DNA of 52,353 nucleotides, filler included, from a bacterium (GTDB lineage Bacteria; UBA9089; CG2-30-40-21; SBAY01): NCBI GenBank assembly GCA_040757115.1. It is 3 parts of 3 records of this genome, joined end to end, with 100 filler letters (N's around TTAATTAATTAA, not from the genome) between each part and the next. Parts side by side here need not be neighbours in the genome. Positions count along the whole stretch, not along the records: positions 35,215 to 52,353 come from JBFLYA010000074.1; 2 more parts are not named here. One strand, written 5' to 3'. The notes below the pieces were generated by a model. It was not told the origin of the DNA. It ran no database searches and saw only the letters and a list, made by a program, of their open reading frames with translations. Positions 49,601 to 52,353 of this stretch are shown one piece after another. The position numbers and the translations under genes are program-made. Within the stretch, counting starts at the first letter, position 1, and the number at the start of each line of letters is the position of its first letter.

Positions 49601-51282
49601 ATATCTTCACCAGTTAAAGGTGTAGAATTATCATCAGTCACTTTTAAGAGTATGGAATATACGCCTGGTTGGAAGAATGTATGAGTAGTAATCGAGCCTG
49701 GTGCATTAAAGCCATCTCCAAAATCCCATTCAAATTTGACAATGTGTCGTTTTGGGTCAAGGTGGTAGGAGTTAGTGCCAATAAACTGGATTGATTTTCC
49801 TACCTGGATTATTTGTGGGTTAATCCGGGCTATGGCAACAGGTGGAGCACTGAATAAGGATTTCATTAAAATAAGTATTCCCCAGGCAGTAGAAAGTGAA
49901 GGGGTTAGATATATTGCCCAGTCTTTTTTATCCTCCCAATGACCATCAGGAAACTGATTTTTTAAAAGGTAATCTACATACTCATTATACCACTCAATAT
50001 CACCCAGCATATCTGGCGAGGGTAATTTTATAAGCCTTAGCCCTTTCATAATGGCATACATACCATAAAAATTACCAAAATTGGCACCGCCATTTTTCCA
50101 ATTGTTATACAAGTAATTAATTGCCTTGTTGGGTTTTTCTTCAGTAGCGGTATATCCGAGATAGGCAAAATCAGCTATTCCCGCACCAGTCCTCACCGCA
50201 GAAGGGTCAGATGGAGATGTATATCCAAAACCCCCATTATTGGTATTTTGACTATACTCTAACCAATATTTTAACTCATCTTTAAGAAATTGAGGTGCGG
50301 ATATATTCCAGGGGTCAGTTGCTGAGGCGGTTAATCCTATTACTGGCCATTGAGTTGCAGAATTATCACTGGACCCATTCTGATTATTATAAGGAGAATA
50401 TTGCCAACCACCCCTTCCATGGGGGGTGTGAGTACCTTCATCACTTTGTGACCAGGCACAATAATCAACCATATCTTGAAGAATCTCTCGATATGTTCGA
50501 TTTATAACCGGCCCGGTCCTGGCTACTCGCTCTGGTTGACGACTGCCGACTATCGCCATCATCATTGGCCCTATTTCATATATAGGTTGACCTTGGTATA
50601 TTCCTATTCCTATACCATTGTCATTTGTATCCGGGTCTCCAGCGGTTTGTGTGCCAATTGTAACTATTTCACATCGGGTAAAAAGATAATTAAATCCTCT
50701 TTCTATTGTTTCTACATACGGGTCTTCATCTCTATCCCCACCTGGTAACCGTCCTTGATTTTCAAATGCCTCAATTGCCGCCGCAGTAGGCGAAACATAA
50801 AAACCAGACGCCTTCCAATATCCGCATTCTGTCCCACTTTGTATTGTTCGTGTTTGGGTGCTATGTAGAAACCAGAGGGCATTATCAATAGCAATATCCA
50901 TCGCCACAGTAGTGGTCGCTTCTCTTATCCTGACTCGATAACTATCTGTGCCTGTATTATTCATTCCATCAGTTACTTTCAAGGTGGCAATGAATAGAGT
51001 ATTTTCACTTCCTTTATAAGTATGTGTAGCAGATATGCTGTAAGGATTAGTCACTATCTTAGTTATAGTCGAATTACCATCCCCAAAATCCCACTGGTAT
51101 TTTAAAGTTCCAGTGCCCCGTTTAACGGTACCTTTAAGGATAATTTCTTTTCCACTCCAGGTTTGATGTGCGTTATATGAGTTATACCAGGGAACACAGA
51201 TTACCTTTAGAGATTCCTCTGCCGATACATAAGCAGGTAAAAATAAAATTAGAAGGATTAAAGACTTTTTAAAATCCATCAT
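46654..51282 (-). CDS. large secreted protein: PKD domains, prenyltransferase/squalene-cyclase-like alpha/alpha barrel, Ig-like repeats and a T9SS-type C-terminal sorting domain
   Basis: Signal peptide; WDFGDG x2; GGWQY/GGFGY/Q..DG.W; repeated F..I.TQ.AG..F.I.ITAYD..N; tail YPVPF..IYDISG.LI..WD....ASGVYIY..GKLVIIR. Confidence 0.8.
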   Translation of the reverse strand: MMDFKKSLILLILFLPAYVSAEESLKVICVPWYNSYNAHQTWSGKEIILKGTVKRGTGTLKYQWDFGDGNSTITKIVTNPYSISATHTYKGSENTLFIATLKVTDGMNNTGTDSYRVRIREATTTVAMDIAIDNALWFLHSTQTRTIQSGTECGYWKASGFYVSPTAAAIEAFENQGRLPGGDRDEDPYVETIERGFNYLFTRCEIVTIGTQTAGDPDTNDNGIGIGIYQGQPIYEIGPMMMAIVGSRQPERVARTGPVINRTYREILQDMVDYCAWSQSDEGTHTPHGRGGWQYSPYNNQNGSSDNSATQWPVIGLTASATDPWNISAPQFLKDELKYWLEYSQNTNNGGFGYTSPSDPSAVRTGAGIADFAYLGYTATEEKPNKAINYLYNNWKNGGANFGNFYGMYAIMKGLRLIKLPSPDMLGDIEWYNEYVDYLLKNQFPDGHWEDKKDWAIYLTPSLSTAWGILILMKSLFSAPPVAIARINPQIIQVGKSIQFIGTNSYHLDPKRHIVKFEWDFGDGFNAPGSITTHTFFQPGVYSILLKVTDDNSTPLTGEDIIQIRALVAPATITISPGSVTIPVTKTMTITALVKDEFGNLADDGTIVDWSTIIGSITLSSPTINGIAIATYSAPTKVGTGTITAKVIGGKNPSDSIMVTVTSGLHHHFNFDHIGTQTAGTPFTITLTAVDFWNNPVLDFKDTVTLTNLNGEITPKTITDFKDGKYIGTVSVFKAGTALLIADCKGKKGVSPPFLVQPGEVSYFLFDEIGTQIAGIDFLIKITAYDNWGNTATTFSNSVNLSVQPYQSGNFKDGQWSGMVVIKKAGTTNITAMDNDKSGTSNTFLVKPNNFEFFIFATITTQIAGVGFPITITAYDAYDNIADYNNTAYLQDTSHTIAPQTTTKFTSGIWTGTVSINQVGTTVITVWSGTKTGMSNVFSVFPSDLSYISISPNTLELIVDAAAPLIAKGYDDHDNELANFECNWEVTENIGYFNANVGSQTIFTAGILVRKGIIKAFVGNIFATAGITILPGSLSYIIILPQATITVVTNSQPFKAKGFDKYANERVINGQWQMENGLGTLTHLEATSTTFVAGTKTGLEILTYKVEEITGIATITLISDVLDHFGFKPIEVQIAGQKFEIQITAYDKYGNIVESFNNSGELKDTTTTILPKTTSNFKSGTCSQEVVITTAMDNVTINIFSQGKTGISPPFTVLPAIVNHFKIDHISTQIWRTSFPATVTAYDIYENIADYNGAFNLTDTTNSINITRNFTAGIWTGTVSINKATPDVEITATDGVRTIKSNPFFVLIDDSKDEKIQEGNIAIDVARYFLPEDYYPVFIKDPPDPEVTTANYYTDKDTLVKRIPDTVYKIEGRNEQREILTEGFGTTSAFITITYSEADVSMVGGKELNLAIYELKNNRWVKIEDGVVNTFENKVTAPISRLGIYTLIVYLEAQDLSKFIVYPVPFKPSRGDDKIIFEGLPANSTIRIYDISGDLIRMIEDVSSIYEWDVKDSHSKDVASGVYIYIVTYGVEKKSGKLVIIR

Positions 51283-51367
51283 TTATATTTATACCATACA
51301 AACTAAAATTTGGCAAGAAAAAATAGATTGACAAAGATGATATTTTATGATACCTTATAATCTGTGA

Positions 51368-51859
51368 ATGGGAAAAAGGTTTTATTCAATTTTTAAAACT
51401 AAATTCGGTTGGATGGGGTTAATGGCGAGTAATATTGGTTTAACTCGTGTTATTTTACCTCAACCTGATAAGAAAAATATCCTTAAAATGGTGCAGGGTT
51501 TAGTTCGAGATGATAAATGTTTTGAGAAGACAAAAAACTCACTAATGAACTACTTTGAAGGTAAAAAAGTAGAGTTTGACTATCCGATAGATGTCCGGTC
51601 AGCGACTGAGTTTGAAAATAAAGTTTGGGAGGTTACCTGTTCAATTCCTTATGGTGAGGTAAGGAGTTATCAATTTATCGCAGAAAAGATAGGTAGGCCA
51701 AAGGCATTTCGGGCGGTAGGACAGGCATTAAAGAAAAATCCTCTTCCGATTATTATTCCCTGCCACCGCGTTATCCGAAGTGATGGGAAATCAGGTGGTT
51801 TTTTAGGGGGAATAGAGATGAAGAAAAACTTGCTCAGATTAGAACATAATCGGTCTTAA
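51368..51859 (+). CDS. ogt: methylated-DNA--protein-cysteine methyltransferase
   Basis: IPYGE, RAVGQA and NPLPIIIPCHRV motifs. Confidence 0.95.
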   Translation: MGKRFYSIFKTKFGWMGLMASNIGLTRVILPQPDKKNILKMVQGLVRDDKCFEKTKNSLMNYFEGKKVEFDYPIDVRSATEFENKVWEVTCSIPYGEVRSYQFIAEKIGRPKAFRAVGQALKKNPLPIIIPCHRVIRSDGKSGGFLGGIEMKKNLLRLEHNRS

Positions 51860-51953
51860 AAATGGTGGTAACCGTTCAGGATATAGCCACAGAGTCACAG
51901 AGAACACAGAGGGAATATATAACTACGAATGAACACAAATACAAAAAAATTTG

Positions 51954-52182
51954 GTAACTATTCACCACGAAGGGTACGGAGAGCACGAAGTGAAATTTGA
52001 TGAATTATCGAATAGAGTCATTGGATGCGCTATAGCGGTGCATCGAACTCTTGGGCCAGGTTTGCTTGACACCGTGAAGAGTGATAATTCACAATTCACA
52101 ATTGACAATTCACCATTCACCATTATTAAGGAAATTTAGGGAAGAAATTGTGAATGGTGAATTGTGAATGGTGAATAGTTAC
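51954..52182. mobile_element. GTAAC-family MITE with a 5'-half GxxExxY gene
   Basis: GTAACTATTCAC/GTGAATAGTTAC ends. 8-bp TSD AAAATTTG at 51946-51953 and 52183-52190. Confidence 0.92.
51990..52067 (+). pseudogene. GxxExxY protein, N-terminal fragment
   Basis: VKFDELSNRVIGCAIAVHRTLGPGLL, truncated just before the ExxY. Confidence 0.85.
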
Positions 52183-52353
52183 AAAATTTGTAGTATGAGG
52201 CTTTAGCCTCGCTTCTGGCAAGCCAAAAGGCGAACCTAATGGTTTTTGCAAAATTAACTTCCACTTTTCTGGAATACCATAAAATAAATTAAAAATCAAA
52301 CATCAAAATGTAAAATTACAAATCAAAAATCAAAATATTCTCCAGCTACTTTG

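Larger units (their letters stand above)
51868..52239. mobile_element. type B MITE (inverted) with nested insertions; incomplete at the window end
   Basis: Reverse complement of 5566 back to ~5240. Confidence 0.85.

Noticed and set aside
948-50894. Antisense or alternative-frame ORFs within long genes (e.g. 1779-2288, 8107-8763, 25445-25834, 33207-33590, 38578-38901, 47606-50894)
   Set aside because: Shadows of well-supported genes, with no motifs or RBS.

Overview
AT-rich chromosomal segment of a diderm (LPS-making) bacterium, probably a metagenome-assembled scaffold. It has two N-gaps with an artificial TTAATTAATTAA linker at 17530-17629 and 35115-35214. The backbone genes are ordinary: mutS, a GT2, pyrG-kdsB, rfaE1/E2, ubiD/ubiX, rluB, cobT/cbiB, hisB, LysR, batD/E, lpxB and ogt. 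There is also a SprA-like T9SS translocon and a large secreted protein with a T9SS-type C-terminal sorting domain. The unusual part is the intergenic DNA, which is packed with small non-autonomous mobile elements. At least six terminal-inverted-repeat (TIR) families occur: GTAAC..GTTAC, C(G/C)ACCTGT..ACAGGTCG, GGTGGTGTCT, TAG(G/A)GTTCTGCAAAA, TATAGC(A/G)GTTATT and TATAC(C/T)CAAA. They are nested up to three deep, and six insertions show exact 8-bp target-site duplications (TSDs). Elements with the same ends carry different interiors. These interiors are made of inverted arms of 7-9-nt tandem repeats, REP-like hairpins and internally deleted four-helix-bundle or GxxExxY genes, i.e. a bacterial Pack-MULE-like cargo system. 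A Mutator-like (ISLre2/ISKra4-type) transposase remnant ends in the same TIR as one family. Other notable items are a ~530-nt structured leader before an orphan secreted protein, decayed radical-SAM genes before an ABC exporter/S26 peptidase operon, and an AbrB-ACT-HisB fusion. All protein calls come from motif recognition by eye; no searches were run.
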